In this document: piece by piece, positions 12,015-25,430 of the stretch
How the letters are laid out: every line of letters starts with the position of its first letter
Numbering within the stretch: position 1 is the stretch's first letter
Assembly (NCBI RefSeq): GCF_006345805.1
Contig: NW_021833018.1
Location: 1 to 64,000, forward strand
Direction of reading: 5' to 3'
DNA: 64,000 nt
Source: Octopus sinensis
Taxonomy: Eukaryota
The notes under the pieces: model-generated
Seen by the model: only the letters and a program-made list of their open reading frames with translations
Told to the model about the DNA's origin: nothing
Databases searched by the model: none
Translations under genes and position numbers: made by a program

Positions 12015-12908
12015 ATGGATAATTCGCATGCTTGTCCTGTTAACTCACATGTCTTCTAACGAAGCTGGTATTCAATTTTGCTTCTTACTTTTCTAATTAA
12101 TTAAATTTTAAATGAAGTTTCTTGCCCAATATCAAGAGAGAAGTTGAATAATAATACGAAAATCTCTAACCCACCAGAAGGAGGATGTCCAATGGCACAT
12201 AACAATATAGAGATTGTAAATGATCGGAATATGGTTGTTAATAATGTGAAATCTTAGAAAATAGATGCCAGATTTTAGTAAGGATACAACTTCTGAGAAT
12301 TTCTGTAATCTAAAAAAAACAAGAGAAACGTCAAGTATTCCAATGTCTTCTTCTGATTCAAAAAAATGGACTTATCCGTCTTCTGAAATGTTTTACCGTG
12401 CTATTGTTAGGAAAGGTTTTTTTAAACTATTATAAAAATTTTAATCAGGCCACCAATTTGAAAATGGACAACTTGATTCTCAGTTGATTGATGATGCAGT
12501 GAAAGCCCATAACTCTACTAACGAGGCTACATGGAAGGAGATTCTCAAATGGGAAGCCCTTCACGCGAAGTTTTAAATATGGAAACAATATATTAGTGAA
12601 TGTCCTAGTCCTAGTTTACGCCGTTTCCACGGGAGAAATGACGATATTTCTCCTCGTGCAAGAATTAGAAATTTTTTCGGGCAAGAATTAGAAATATTAA
12701 AGTTTAATTCTGTAGGTATCAATTACCCTTCGACCGTCACGACTGGTATGTCGATCGGTGTGGTTTTGATGTGAGATATGTTATTGACTACTATGACTGT
12801 TCGAATGAAACACTTCTTGATGTAAGACCTGCCTTGGATTCATTTTCGGCGGTTATGGATCGTTTTAAAGTTATGTGCTATCGGTGGTACTGCAATTGGA
12901 TAAACTAA
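12015..12908 (+). CDS. HCCS: Holocytochrome c synthase (cytochrome c heme lyase)
   Basis: CP heme-regulatory motifs, [69 protein letters not shown]. Introns include 12068-12117 and a GC-AG intron at 12681-12715. The start is either ATG 12015 (one base out of frame) or ATG 12049. Confidence 0.95.
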
Positions 12909-13435
12909 TATTTTATCTTTGTTTAATAACACTAAAATACATTTAAAAGTATATGGATAATCATAGAGAGTTTGGGGATTCGATATCAAATTCATTTGTT
13001 TAAATTTAACAAAAATTTGCTAGTCGAATAATTAGTTAAAAATCGTGATCTTAAGTAAAAGCTTTTAACTCAAATGCAATTGGATGAAAGATCAAATTTT
13101 GGTTCAAATTTATTGGCAAATTTCACAAATAACTATTCTGTAGTTGAAGAAAGTATATGCGGTTTTTAAAAACAGAAAAAAACACATGGCCAAGATTCAA
13201 AGATTTCTCACATATAAGTAGAAACTGGAATAACTCTCTAAATTAGATTAAACAATATCAAAGTGTTTAAATAAGAGTCACCGGTGCATAAAAGTGAAAC
13301 TTTTTAAAATTATCTCTTTTTAAAATCTTGACGAATTCACTAAAAGATTAATTAGAAACAGTTGCTCCATTGCTAATGCAGTATATTGGACGATCCTGGA
13401 ACGATGTTTGTTGTTCGAATTATGAAATGTAATTA

Positions 13436-14230
13436 CAGTACGACCCCGCCCCAATAGAAAAGTGCCCCAAATATAGAGGGTGCCCCTAAGATAGAGGTAT
13501 ATATAATTTTTACATTTTAAAAGCAAATATCTGTGTTTTTTAATAATAAAATATGTTTTTTCGTATTAAAAAAGAGGAATTAATTTATTCTATGAAAAAT
13601 AATCAGTTATTTTGAATCCAGTATTATATTTATTTCTTAGAATCTTCGACATTTTTATCTTGAATTCATAGTATTCTTTGAGTCCTTCAGGGCAAGTGTT
13701 GAATAAGGAAGTTTCAAGATCATTAATTATTCTCATTAAATCTTTTAAGTCGGACCCTTCAATTTCATCATTTCCATTATACAAAGTATCATTATCCTCA
13801 ATTCCGTTTATTTCAAGATCCATTAAAGCTAAAACATGCTTATCGATTAATTCAGATTCTTTTTTTAAATTAATTTCAGGAAAACATGTTCTCTGTTCGT
13901 TTATTTTCATCCAACAATTGACAATTGTTGTTGTTGTTACTTGACTCCATGCTTCCCCCACATATGCGATTATTTGCCTCATATTAATTTTTAATAAAGT
14001 CGAATAGTACTTTTTGAGATCATCAGTACATATCATTTCATAAAGAACGTTGCTATAATAGGCTTTAAAACGAATTTATGATCTCCATGTCTAAAGGTTG
14101 AAAAAGTGCTGTTGTATTTTTAGGAAATTTAAAAAATGATAAGTTTGAATATTCTTGTAATTTGTGGCACAATTGCATCCTACTATTTTTTTATTCTCGG
14201 GAATTTGTGGCACAATTGCATCCTACATGG
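13436..14230 (-). mobile_element. pogo/Tigger element, 3' fragment
   Basis: TA|CAGTACGACCCC terminus. Minus strand reads FPKNTTALFQPLDMEII and AWSQVTTTTIVNCW (DDE_1 C-terminal). Confidence 0.8.
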
Positions 14231-14289
14231 AAACAAAAATAAAAAACTTATTTATAACAACAATCAATGAAAACAATGACGCTGTATAA

Positions 14290-14620
14290 TTTTAGAAACA
14301 AATTCTTTTACATTTGGCTCCATGATCGTAAGACGAGGCCGTAAATCTCCTCTCTCAGCAACGTCTAAGCAGTTTCGACTTTTTGTAACGAGTTGAAATA
14401 CAACGCTAAAGCTTTTCTCAACCAAGTAAGAAGTAAGAAAAGCGATAAAAATAATTTAGCTTTCTCCCTTAACATATGATATTTTTCAGGAATATTTGTC
14501 TGTAGCCAAAAATCTTGATATAATTTTGTTTGAATCTTAGTTTTAATTCCAATAAAATTAGTTCCTGTTGGCAACAAAATTCGACGTCGTCGATATCTAA
14601 AAAAAATCTATGATCCAGTC
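14290..14620 (-). mobile_element. hAT transposase dimerisation-domain fragment (ZBED5/SCAND3-like)
   Basis: YQDFWLQTNIPEKY..IAFPSSYLVEKGFSVV..RGDLRPRLT, read across frameshifts. Confidence 0.75.
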
Positions 14621-14633
14621 CGGAACATATTAA

Positions 14634-17600
14634 TCTTAATAATAAAATGGTATGGTGTGTGTCTGTCTGTCTGTCTGGTGTGTGTCTGTCTGTCTGTCTG
14701 TCTGTGCACACCACATTCAAATTGTTACAAACCAGATCAAATTGTCAAAACCTTCCCTTTTGTAGTTATTCGATAATGAGGCACAATAAAGGTTGATATC
14801 CTCTAAGAACCTTCCTGTCAAAAAATTTTAATAAGAAAGAATATCCTCGATGATGAGGTCCCCCAAAACCTTCAAGTCAATTTTCTGCGTTTTTGTTAAA
14901 ATGAACAACAAGAAAGTCCTCGACTCACATGATGTGGTCCCCCAAAACCTTCAAGCCAAAAAATTAAAAAAAATTATTTTCTGCGTTTTTGTTAAAATGA
15001 ACAACAAGAAAGTCCTCGACTCACATGATGTGGTCCCCCAAAACCTTAAGCCAAAAAATTAAAAAAATTATTTTCTGCGTTTTTGTTAAAATGAACAACA
15101 AGAAAGTCCTCGACTCACATGATGTGGTCCCCCAAAACCTTCAAGCTAAAAAATTAAAAAAATTATTTTCTGCGTTTTTGTAAAATGAACAACAAGAAAG
15201 TCCTCGACTCACATGATGTGGTCCCCAAAACCTTCAAGCTAAAAAATTAAAAAAATTATTTCTGCGTTTTTGTTAAAATGAACAACAAGAAAGTCCTCGA
15301 CTCACATGATGTGGTCCCCCAAAACCTTCAAGCCCAAAAATTAAAAAAAATTATTTTCTGCGTTTTTGTTAAAATGAACAACAAAAAAGTCCTCGACTCA
15401 CATGATGTGGTCCCCCAAAACCTTCAAGCCAAAAAATAAAAAAATTATTTTCTGCGTTTTTGTTAAAATGAACAACAAGAAAGTCCTCGACTCACATGAT
15501 GTGGTCCCCCAAAACCTTCAAGCCAAAAATTAAAAAAAATTATTTTCTGCGTTTTTGTTAAAATGAACAACAAGAAAGTCCTCGACTCACATGATGTGGT
15601 CCCCCAAAACCTTCAAGCCAAAAAATTTAAAAAAATTATTTTCTGCGTTTTGTTAAAATGAACAACAAGAAAGTCCTCGACTCACATGATGTGGTCCCCA
15701 AAACCTTCAAGCTAAAAAATTAAAAAAATTATTTCTGCGTTTTGTTAAAATGAACAACAAGAAAGTCCTCGACTCACATGATGTGGTCCCCCAAAACCTT
15801 CAAGCCAAAAAATTAAAAAAAATTATTTTCTGCGTTTTTGTTAAAATGAACAACAAGAAAGTCCTCGACTCACATGATGTGGTCCCCCAAAACCTTCAAG
15901 CCAAAAAATTAAAAAAAATTATTTTCTGCGTTTTTGTTAAAATGAACAACAAGAAAGTCCTCGACTCACATGATGTGGTCCCCCAAAACCTTCAAGCCAA
16001 AAAATTAAAAAAAATTATTTTCTGCGTTTTTGTTAAAATGAACAACAAGAAAGTCCTCGACTCACATGATGGTCCCCCAAAACCTTCAAGCCAAAAAATT
16101 AAAAAAAATTTTTCTGCGTTTTGTTAAAATGAACAACAAGAAAGTCCTCGACTCACATGATGTGGTCCCCCAAAACCTTCAAGCCAAAAAATTAAAAAAA
16201 ATTATTTTCTGCGTTTTTGTTAAAATGAACAACAAGAAAGTCCTTGACTCACATGATGTGGTCCCCCAAAACCTTCAAGCTAAAAAATTAAAAAAATTAT
16301 TTTCTGCGTTTTTGTTAAAATGAACAACAAGAAAGTCCTCGACTCACATGATGTGGTCCCCCAAAACCTTCAAGCCAAAAAATAAAAAAATTATTTTCTG
16401 CGTTTTTGTTAAAATGAACAACAAGAAAGTCCTCGACACATGATGTGGTCACCCAAAACCTTCAAGCTAAAAAATTAAAAAAATTATTTTCTGCGTTTTT
16501 GTTAAAGATGACAACAAGAAAGTCCTCGACTCACATGATGTGGTCCCCCAAAACTTCAAGGTAAAAAATTAAAAAAATTATTTTCTGCGTTTTTGTTAAA
16601 ATGAACAACAAGAAAGTCCTCGACTCACATGATGTGGTCCCCAAAACCTTCAAGGTAAAAAATTAAAAAAATTATTTTCTGCGTTTTGTTAAAATGAACA
16701 ACAAGAAAGTCCTCGACTCACATGATGTGGTCCCCCAAAACTTTCAAGCCAAAAATTAAAAAAATTATTTTCTGCGTTTTTGTTAAAATAAACAACAAGA
16801 AAGTCCTCGACTCACATGATGTGGTCCCCCAAAACCTTCAAGCCAAAAAATTAAAAAAAATTATTTTCTGCGTTTTTGTTAAAATGAACAACAAAAAAGT
16901 CCTCGACTCACATGATGTGGTCCCCCAAAACCTTCAAGCCAAAAAATTAAAAAAAATTATTTTCTGCGTTTTTGTTAAAATGAACAACAAGAAAGTCCTC
17001 GACTCACATGATGTGGTCCCTCAAAACCTTCAAGCCAAAAAATTTAAAAAAATTATTTTCTGCGTTTTTGTTAAATGAACAACAAGAAAGTCCTCGACTC
17101 ACATGATGTGGTCCCCCAAAACTTCAAGCCCAAAAATTAAAAAAAATATTTTCTGCGTTTTTGTTAAAATGAACGACAAGAAAGTCCTCGACTCACATGA
17201 TGAGGTCCTCCACAACCTTCAAGCCTCGTGAGGCCATTAATTAGCTTAGCATCTTTTTTTTCGATGACATAAATTCTTTTTTGTTAAATTTTCGTTAAAA
17301 AAATAAAATAAAAGCTCTAATTGTTATCGACCATGAATAGACTGTGCAATTATCAGATTTTGAAAACCACTAAAAAGGAAAAAGCAAAAATTATTAGAGA
17401 TTTACATAATTGATTCTTTTTAACTGCCGAAACTGACAAATTCGATTATGCTACTGTTTAGATTTCTTAAAAGATAGAGGCAAATAAAATTTAAATTAGT
17501 CATGTAAATTTCAATTTGCCTATATTTAAATCTCCTTGATTTAACAGGCTTTAATTTTTTCCTTATAATACTACAAAGATGAAGCTGATTATCATTTTCT

Positions 17601-18868
17601 TACCGAAACAGACAAGTTCGATTATGCTAAAGTTTCAATTCCTTTAAACATAGAGGCAATTAAGTATAATGGCTTTGATTGGATAATACACTTTACATAA
17701 ATTTCACTAAATAATTTACGTAGAAAATTTAATATAAATTACTGATTCGCGTTTACAAAATCATAAGAATGTCCTATAAAGAGAGATCTGAGAATGTTAA
17801 CAAACAAGAGAATATGAACCATATAACAAAAAAAGAGAAACGAGGGAAGATGTGCTTAATGGTGAGGGAACTTAGACAACAGCTGAACAAGGTCAGGACT
17901 GCTGTTAGACTCAACTACGGGTAATAGAATTATGCATTCTAGGTTAATTGTTTGGGATGAATGTACGATGGCTCATAAAGGCGCATTCAAGCAGTTGACC
18001 GAACATATAGAGATATCAAGAATTGTAGCGACCATTTGTTTGGGGGAGCATTAGTTGTATTGGCAGGTGATTTTAGACAGACGCTGCCATTATTCAAAGA
18101 GGGACGCCGCGGATGAATTGAATGCCTGCCTCAAATCGTCATATTTGTGGACACACGTGAAAAAGGTAAGCTTAGATGTAAATGTACATGCACATTTACA
18201 AGGCGTTAATAGCATATTCCCACAAATCCTTCTAGATATTGGAAATGGGGCAATCACTTCAGAAATGCACGACCAGAAAATTAGGCTACCGGAAGAATTA
18301 TGTATTTTCGTAGAAACAGCAGAAGAATTATTGAATGCCGTCTATTCCGAACTATCTGAACACTACGTGAATTTCGACTGGCTGCGTGAACGAGCTATAT
18401 TAGCTCCACTTATGATGAGGTACTTAATATAAATTTAGATTTATTAATGAAAATCCCTGGCAGAGAAGAATATATAAATCGGTCGACGTTATTATGGACC
18501 ATGAAAGGGCCTGCGATAGATTTAAGAGACTACAATTTCCGCTGAAGATAAGTTTTGCTATGACAATAAACAAGGCCAGGGACAGTCTTTAAAGGTAGTA
18601 GGCTTATTTTTAGAGAACGAGTGCTTTTCACATGGCCAGCTGTATGTGGGGTGCTCAAGGGTAGGTAGAAGAGAAATTTATTTATATTGCCAAGGATGGA
18701 CGGACTGCAAACATCGTTTATCCACAGGCCTTAGAATAAGGTTATATCAAAGCAGGTCGCATTTATATATCTACATAAATTTATAGTTATTTAAGGAAAC
18801 TGCGAGCGTAGCGAGCAGGGCCTCCGCAGGAGCTAGCTCGCAGTGAGCGAAGCGAACTGCTGAGCTAG
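14634..18868 (+). mobile_element. Non-autonomous Helitron, copy A1
   Basis: A|TC 5' end, (CTGT)n microsatellite, 96-bp satellite, decayed PIF1 helicase motifs ([36 protein letters not shown]), a 3' GC-rich hairpin region and a CTAG terminus. Confidence 0.93.
14850..17225 (+). repeat. Tandem array of about 25 x 96-bp units inside Helitron A1
   Basis: Unit AAAATGAACAACAAGAAAGTCCTCGACTCACATGATGTGGTCCCCCAAAACCTTCAAGCCAAAAAATTAAAAAAAATTATTTTCTGCGTTTTTGTT. Variation is mostly homopolymer length. Confidence 0.98.
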
Positions 18869-21727
18869 TCTTAATAATAAAATGGTATGGTGTGTGTCTG
18901 TCTGTCTGTCTGTCTGTCTGTGCACACCCACATTCAAATTGTTACAAACCAGATCAATAAAAAAATTATTTTCTGCGTTGTTTTAAAATGAACAACAAGA
19001 AAGTCCTCGACTCACATGATGTGGTCCCCCAAAACCTTCAAGGTAAAAAATTAAAAAAATTATTTTCTGCGTTTTTGTTAAAATGAACAACAAGAAGTCT
19101 CGACTCACATGATGTGGTCTCCCAAAACTTTCAAGCCAAAAAATTAAAAAAATTATTTTCTGCGTTTTTGTTAAAATAAACAACAAGAAAGTCCTCGACT
19201 CACATGATGTGGTCCCCCAAAACCTTCAAGCCAAAAAATTAAAAAAATTATTTTCTGCGTTTTTGTTAAAATGAACAACAAGAAAGTCCTCGACTCACAT
19301 GATGTGGTCCCCCAAAACCTTCAAGCCAAAAAATTAAAAAAATTATTTTCTGCGTTTTTGTTAAAATGAACAACAAGAAAGTCCTCGACTCACATGATGT
19401 GGTCCCCCAAAACCTTCAAGCCAAAAAATAAAAAAATTATTTTCTGCGTTTTTGTTAAAATGAACAACAAGAAAGTCCTCGACTCACATGATGTGGTCCC
19501 TCAAAACCTTCAAGCCAAAAAATTAAAAAAAATATTTTCTGCGTTTTTGTTAAAATGAACAACAAGAAGTCCTCGACTCACATGATGTGTCCCTCAAAAC
19601 CTTCAAGCCAAAAAATTAAAAAAAATTATTTTCTGGTTTTGTTAAATGAACAACAAGAAAGTCCTCGACTCACATGATGTGGTCCCCCAAAACCTTCAAG
19701 CCCAAAAATTAAAAAAAATATTTTCTGCGTTTTTGTTAAAATGAACGACAAGAAAGTCCTCGACTCACATGATGTGGTTTCTCAAAACCTTCAAGCCAAA
19801 AAATTAAAAAAATTATTTTCTGCGTTTTTGTTAAATGAACAACAAGAAAGTCCTCGACTCACATGATGTGGTCCCTCAAAACCTTCAAGCCAAAAAATTT
19901 AAAAAAAATTATTTCTGCGTTTTGTTAAATGAACAACAAGAAAGTCCTCGACTCACATGATGTGGTCCCCCAAAACCTTCAAGCCCAAAAATTAAAAAAA
20001 AATATTTTCTGCGTTTTTGTTAAAATGAACGACAAGAAGTCCTCGACTCACATGATGAGGTCCTCCACAACCTTCAAGCCTCGTGAGGCCATTAATTAGC
20101 TTAGCTATCTTTTTTCGATGACATAAATTCTTTTTTGTTAAATTTTCGTTAAAAAAATAAAATAAAAGCTCTAATTGTTATCGACCATGAATAGACTGTG
20201 CAATTATCAGATTTTGAAAACCACTAAAAAGGAAAAAGCAAAAATTATTAGAGATTTACATAATTGATTCTTTTTAACTGCCGAAACTGACCAATTCGAT
20301 TATGCTACTGTTTAGATTTCTTAAAAGATAGAGGCAAATAAAATTTAAATTAGTCATGTAAATTTCAATTTGCCTATATTTAAATCTCCTTGATTTAACA
20401 GGCTTTAATTTTTTCCTTATAATACTACAAAGATGAAGCTGATTATCATTTTCTTTACCGAAACAGACAAGTTCGATTATGCTAAAGTTTCAATTCCTTT
20501 AAACATAGAGGCAATTAAGTATAATGGCTTTGATTGGATAATAACATTTACATAAATTTCACTAAATAAATTTACGTAGAAAATTTAATATAAATTACTG
20601 ATTCGCGTTTACAAAATCATAAGCATGTCCTATAAAGAGAGATCTGAGAATGTTAACAAACAAGAGAATATGAACCATATAACAAAAAAAGAGAAACGAG
20701 GGAAGATGTGCTTAAATGGTGAGGGAACTTAGACAACAGCTGAACAAGGTCAGGACTGCTGTTAGACTCAACTACGGGTAATAGAATTATGCATTCTAGG
20801 TTAATTGTTTGGGTGAATGTACGATGGCTCATAAAGGCGCATTCAAGCAGTTGACCGAACAATAGAGATATCAAGAATTGTAGCGACCATTTGTTGGGGG
20901 AGCATTAGTTGTATTGGCAGGTGATTTTAGACAGACGCTGCCAATTATTCAAAGAGGGCGCCTGCGGATGAATTGAATGCCTGCCTCAAATCGTCATATT
21001 TGTGGACACACGTGAAAAAGGTAAGCTTAGATGTAAATGTACATGCACATTTACAAGGCGTTAATAGCATATTCCCACAAATCCTCTAGATATTGGAAAT
21101 GGGGCAATCACTTCTGAAATGCACGACCAAAAAATTAGGCTACCGGAAGAATTATGTATTTTCGTAGAAACCAGCAGAAGAATTATTGAATGCCGTCTAT
21201 TCCAAACTATCTGAACACTACGTGAATTTCGACTGGCTGCGTGAACGAGCTATATTAGCTTCACTTAATGATGAGGTACTTAATATAAATTTAGATTTAT
21301 TAATGAAAATCCCTGGCAGAGAAAGAATATATAAATCGGTCGACGTTATTATGGACCATGAAAGGGCCTGCGATAGATTTAAGAGACTACAATTTCCGCT
21401 GAAGATAAGTTTTGCTATGACAATAAACAAGGCCCAGGGACAGTCTTTAAAGGTAGTAGGCTTATTTTTAGAGAACGAGTGCTTTTCACATGGCCAGCTG
21501 TATGTGGGGTGCTCAAGGGTAGGTAGAAGAGAAATTTATTTATATTTGCCAAGGATGGACGGACTGCAAACATCGTTTATCCACAGGCCTTAGAATAAGG
21601 TTATATCAAAGCAGGTCGCATTTATATATCTACATAAATTTATAGTTATTTAAGGAAACTGCGAGCGTAGCGAGCAGGGCCTCCGCAGGAGCTAGCTCGC
21701 AGTGAGCGAAGCAAACTGCTGAGCTAG
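18869..21727 (+). mobile_element. Non-autonomous Helitron, copy A2, head-to-tail with A1
   Basis: Junction GAGCTAG|TCTTAATAATAAAATGG at 18868/18869. It ends CTAG|T at 21727 and is near-identical to A1, with fewer satellite units and a 5' internal deletion. Confidence 0.93.
18955..20085 (+). repeat. Tandem array of about 12 x 96-bp units inside Helitron A2
   Basis: Same unit as 14850-17225. Confidence 0.97.
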
Positions 21728-22031
21728 TAATTAAATATGATAATCGCTTACAAATCAAAATTGAACGCTACAACGATCAAGTTGTCAAAAGGATAAATTA
21801 ACTTATCGCAAAAAAGCTAAAATTGTTAATTGTTTTTGCAAACAAGTCAGTTGTCTTATTTAGTACAATATTAAAATGTGTAAAATATGAAGGCCTTTTC
21901 CTTTCTCAAAAATTGCATCAACGTCCCCAAACTATTATGCTTATTGGGATGCTCGCCCTGCTTTACAAAAGATGAAATATTGAATTCCATCGATAAAACG
22001 TTAAGACTATGTGCCGACTCGATCCTAAATA

Positions 22032-25000
22032 CAGTCCGACCCCCAAATGGGGCACCAAGTGCCCCAAAATGCGGGGGTGCCCCAAAAACAGGGGTTTGTT
22101 ATTTTTTTAAAAATTAAACCATTAATAAACATCAAAAAACATTTTTACTAAAATATTCAGTTATTTTCTTTTTATTTGTAGAGTTTTGTCTGATATTGTT
22201 CGTCAATTTCAGCCGAAAATCAAAAAAATCTCGGAGCATACTTGGTGCAACATTAGAAATTTTTCTTCTAAATTGTTAAGCAGATCTTTTGTTTTTGCTA
22301 CGACATTTTCACTATTTTCGGTTTCTGAATATGTATCATAAACATTATTGTTCATGTCTTCGCATTCTCCATCAATTGTTTCGTTAACAACTTGATCTAA
22401 ATGTTCATCTGTTAGACAGTTTTTTGTTGCATAAGAATCACGGTTCCTGTCGATTTTCTTCCAACAATTAACAATACTTTTAGCATCTATTTTCTCCCAT
22501 CCTTTTGAAATTAGCATCATAACCTGACGCAAATTTAATTTACCAATAGAATGTGTAAAATCGTTTTCGAAATCTTGAAAACATAAAAATTCCATTAAGA
22601 AAGAGGAATAATAATCTTTAAAAATCTTGATTATTCCCATATCCAAAGGTTGTAAATAGGGCGTTGTATTTTTCGGCAAAAATAAAAATTCGATGTTCGA
22701 ACATTCGGCAGTTTTATGGCATCCCGCATTGTCAAGTACAGTACCGCTCAAATGTTTCGGACCACCCTATTTTTCTCAATTTCCAAGTCAATCCTAAATT
22801 ATTTTTATACGGTTCTTTAGAGAAACTTATTAGATAAGCTTAAATACATTTATTCTATTCTAAAATTTTCTTTAAATATTTTTGTTTGGCGCCAATTGAA
22901 TATAATTGATTTTTGACTCGATCATATGTTCCGGACCAGTTGCAATCATATGTTTCGAACCAGTTAAATCTCTTTAAATTTAAATAATTTTTGATTCAAT
23001 TAAAAACAAAAGACTAAAAATAACAAATGCCGCGTGTTTCACTGGTTGATCGGGTCGCTATCATCACTTTTTTTAAAGATGGAGCTTCACAAAGAGAAAT
23101 TGCCGAAAAATTAAAAATATCCAAAACTGCTGTTCAAAGAACAATTTCCAGATATTCATCCGTTGGACTATATTCCGACAGACCCAAATCTGGTCGACCG
23201 AGATTGTTATCCCCAAGATCTGAACGCAAATTAGTGAGAATTTCGAAAGCAGACCCCACAAAAACGGCAAATCAAATTAAATTGATATGAAATTAAATTC
23301 TATTGTAAGCACAAATACAATTAAAAGATGCCTACAAAGAAATAATTTGAATGGGCGAAAGCAATGCCAAAACCAAGTCTTTCCATATGCCATAAAAAGG
23401 CTAGAAAAAATTGGTGCATTGAGAAATTAACTTGGAGCCAAAATGATTGGGGTAAAATTATTTTTAGTGATGAATGCAAAATAAATTTGCATTCAAACAC
23501 AAAAAATTATGTTAGAAGGCCACCAAACTCTAGATTTGACTCAAAATATTGTTTAAAAACACGAAAATTTTCTCCTAGCATTATGGTCTGGGGAGCTATT
23601 GCTGCAAATGGATGGAGAAACATTGTCTTATGCATTAAAAATGTTGATTCCGCAGAGTATCAGAGAATTATAAATGTTGGACTCGAAAATTTTTATGATG
23701 AGACCATGTATCTCCAGCAAGACGGCGCTCCTTCCCATCGGTCCATGTCGACAATGAATTTTTTTCAAAGGAAACAAATAAAAATCTTAGAAACTTGGCC
23801 GAGCCAGTCACCCGAACTGAATATTATTGAAAATATGTGGTCGGTACTAAAACAAAACTTTATGATCTGGAACCAAAAGATCTTCCAGAGCTCTGGAATT
23901 TGACCAAAAAATTTGGTACGAGATTGATAATTCGTACATTGAAAAATTATACAATTCACTTCCAGAGCGAATAAATGCTGTTATAACGAACAACGGAGGA
24001 AATATTAATTATTAACTTTTTATAAGTTTAATAAATTTTCGGTTTTTTTTAAACTGGTCCGGAACATATGATCGAGTATAAAATCGATAATTTTAAAATT
24101 GCGCCAAACATGAATATCTGTCCAAGTTTTTAAAATAGAATAAATGTGTTTAAGCTTATCTAATAAGTTTCTCTAAAGAACCGTATAAAAATAATTTAGG
24201 ATTGACTTGGAAATTGAGAAAAATAGGGTGGTCCGAAACATTTGAGCGGTACTGTATTAATAATATTTTTCTGTTGTTTTTTGCAAAACGATTCATTTAT
24301 AAGTGTAAGCCAACTCATAAAAGTCTTTCCAGTCATCCATGCATTTTGAGAAGATGAATACAATAACCCAAAATCTTGAACATCAAAATTTTTTAGACAC
24401 CGAGGTTTTTTATATTTTCCAATAATCAATGGATTAAGTTTTTCCCCGATTAAACTGCAGCATAGAAGAACAGTGAGTCTTTCTTTCCCTTGTTTATAAC
24501 CAAAACACGGTTCGCCTTGTTCAACAAATGATTTTTGAGGAGTTCTTTTTATAAAAAAGCGCAGTTTCATCACAATTAAATATATTCTCAGGTCCATTTT
24601 TAATACTTTCTGGTCATATTTTTCAATAATTTTTCACATAAGATAAATCACATGAAGCTTTTTCACCACATATTGACTTGAATTGAAGTTCATGCCGCAA
24701 TTTAAATCTATCAAGCCACCCATTGGAAGCTTTAAAAGAAGTAAATCCAATTTTTGAAGCTGTAACTAAGGCAATTTTTTAAAATAGGGCCTGAAATCGG
24801 AATTTTATCTACGCGTAGTCTTTGAAATATTTCAAAGACTTGATCATCAAATTTATCTTTATCGGCTTTAAATGTGTCATATTCCTCAGAAATAGTATTG
24901 CCGTGTTGCAAGAAAGGTACAATATTTCGTTTTATTCTTGATATTGTTCCTTTACTTGTGTTGTACTTTTTCATTAGTTGCCTCTCAGATAAATTTTTCT

Positions 25001-25287
25001 TCAAAATTTCTTTAGCAATCTTCAATTTAGTTTCGTAATCCATAACCACAACAATAAAAATATAAATTGAAAATAAAACAAAAAATAATTAATTATTATA
25101 ATTTTATTTTATTTTTAATTCCTTATAAATGATTTTATGGTGCCCCAAAAATTCCATAATTTTTTATCGATTTTTATTTTTTTTCTGCCAAAATGTACTT
25201 TTGGAATAAAGTGCCCCAATTGCGGGGGTGCCCCAAAATCGAGGGTGCCCCACCCCTGGGGTCTGCCCCATTTTGGGGGTCGGACTG
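22032..25287 (-). mobile_element. Full-length decayed pogo/Tigger DNA transposon
   Basis: TIRs CAGTCCGACCCCC with TA on both flanks. HTH-psq/CENP-B region (24732-25049), KERLTVLLCC, NAWMT, then VLDNAGCH..LPKNTTPYLQPLDMGII on the far side of the nested Tc1. Confidence 0.92.
22739..24254 (+). mobile_element. Tc1 (DD34E) transposon nested in pogo
   Basis: TIRs of about 200 bp starting CAGTACCGCTCAAATGTTTCGGACCA, with an inner repeat (ATATGTTCCGGACCA) and TA TSD. The transposase shows paired-like HTH, FSDECK, QQDGAPSH, WPSQSPELNIIENMW, with a few stops/frameshifts. Confidence 0.95.
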
Positions 25288-25430
25288 TATTCGTTTCTAA
25301 AGATCATTAAATGTGATAGTAAGATTCGTAAATTTTTCTTAAACTTAATTTTTTATAATAATTCATTAATGATTTATTTAAAAATGTTTTAAATAATAAT
25401 TGTGTTATAGTTGTAAATGTTTTATCCAAA

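Noticed and set aside
12702-12715. 14-nt GT-AG intron in HCCS
   Set aside because: It is in frame but would insert 7 residues into a conserved segment and is shorter than any other intron seen. The GC-AG intron fits homology better.
14850-20085. ORFs of repeated MNNKKVLDSHDVVPQNLQAKK.. as a repeat protein, or the array as CRISPR
   Set aside because: The 96-bp unit is 32 codons, so ORFs arise automatically and break at homopolymer indels. There are no unique spacers or cas genes, and the array lies inside Helitron ends.
17860-21593. Autonomous Helitron RepHel gene
   Set aside because: No Rep (HUH) motifs were found, and the helicase has an internal deletion and frameshifts in both copies.
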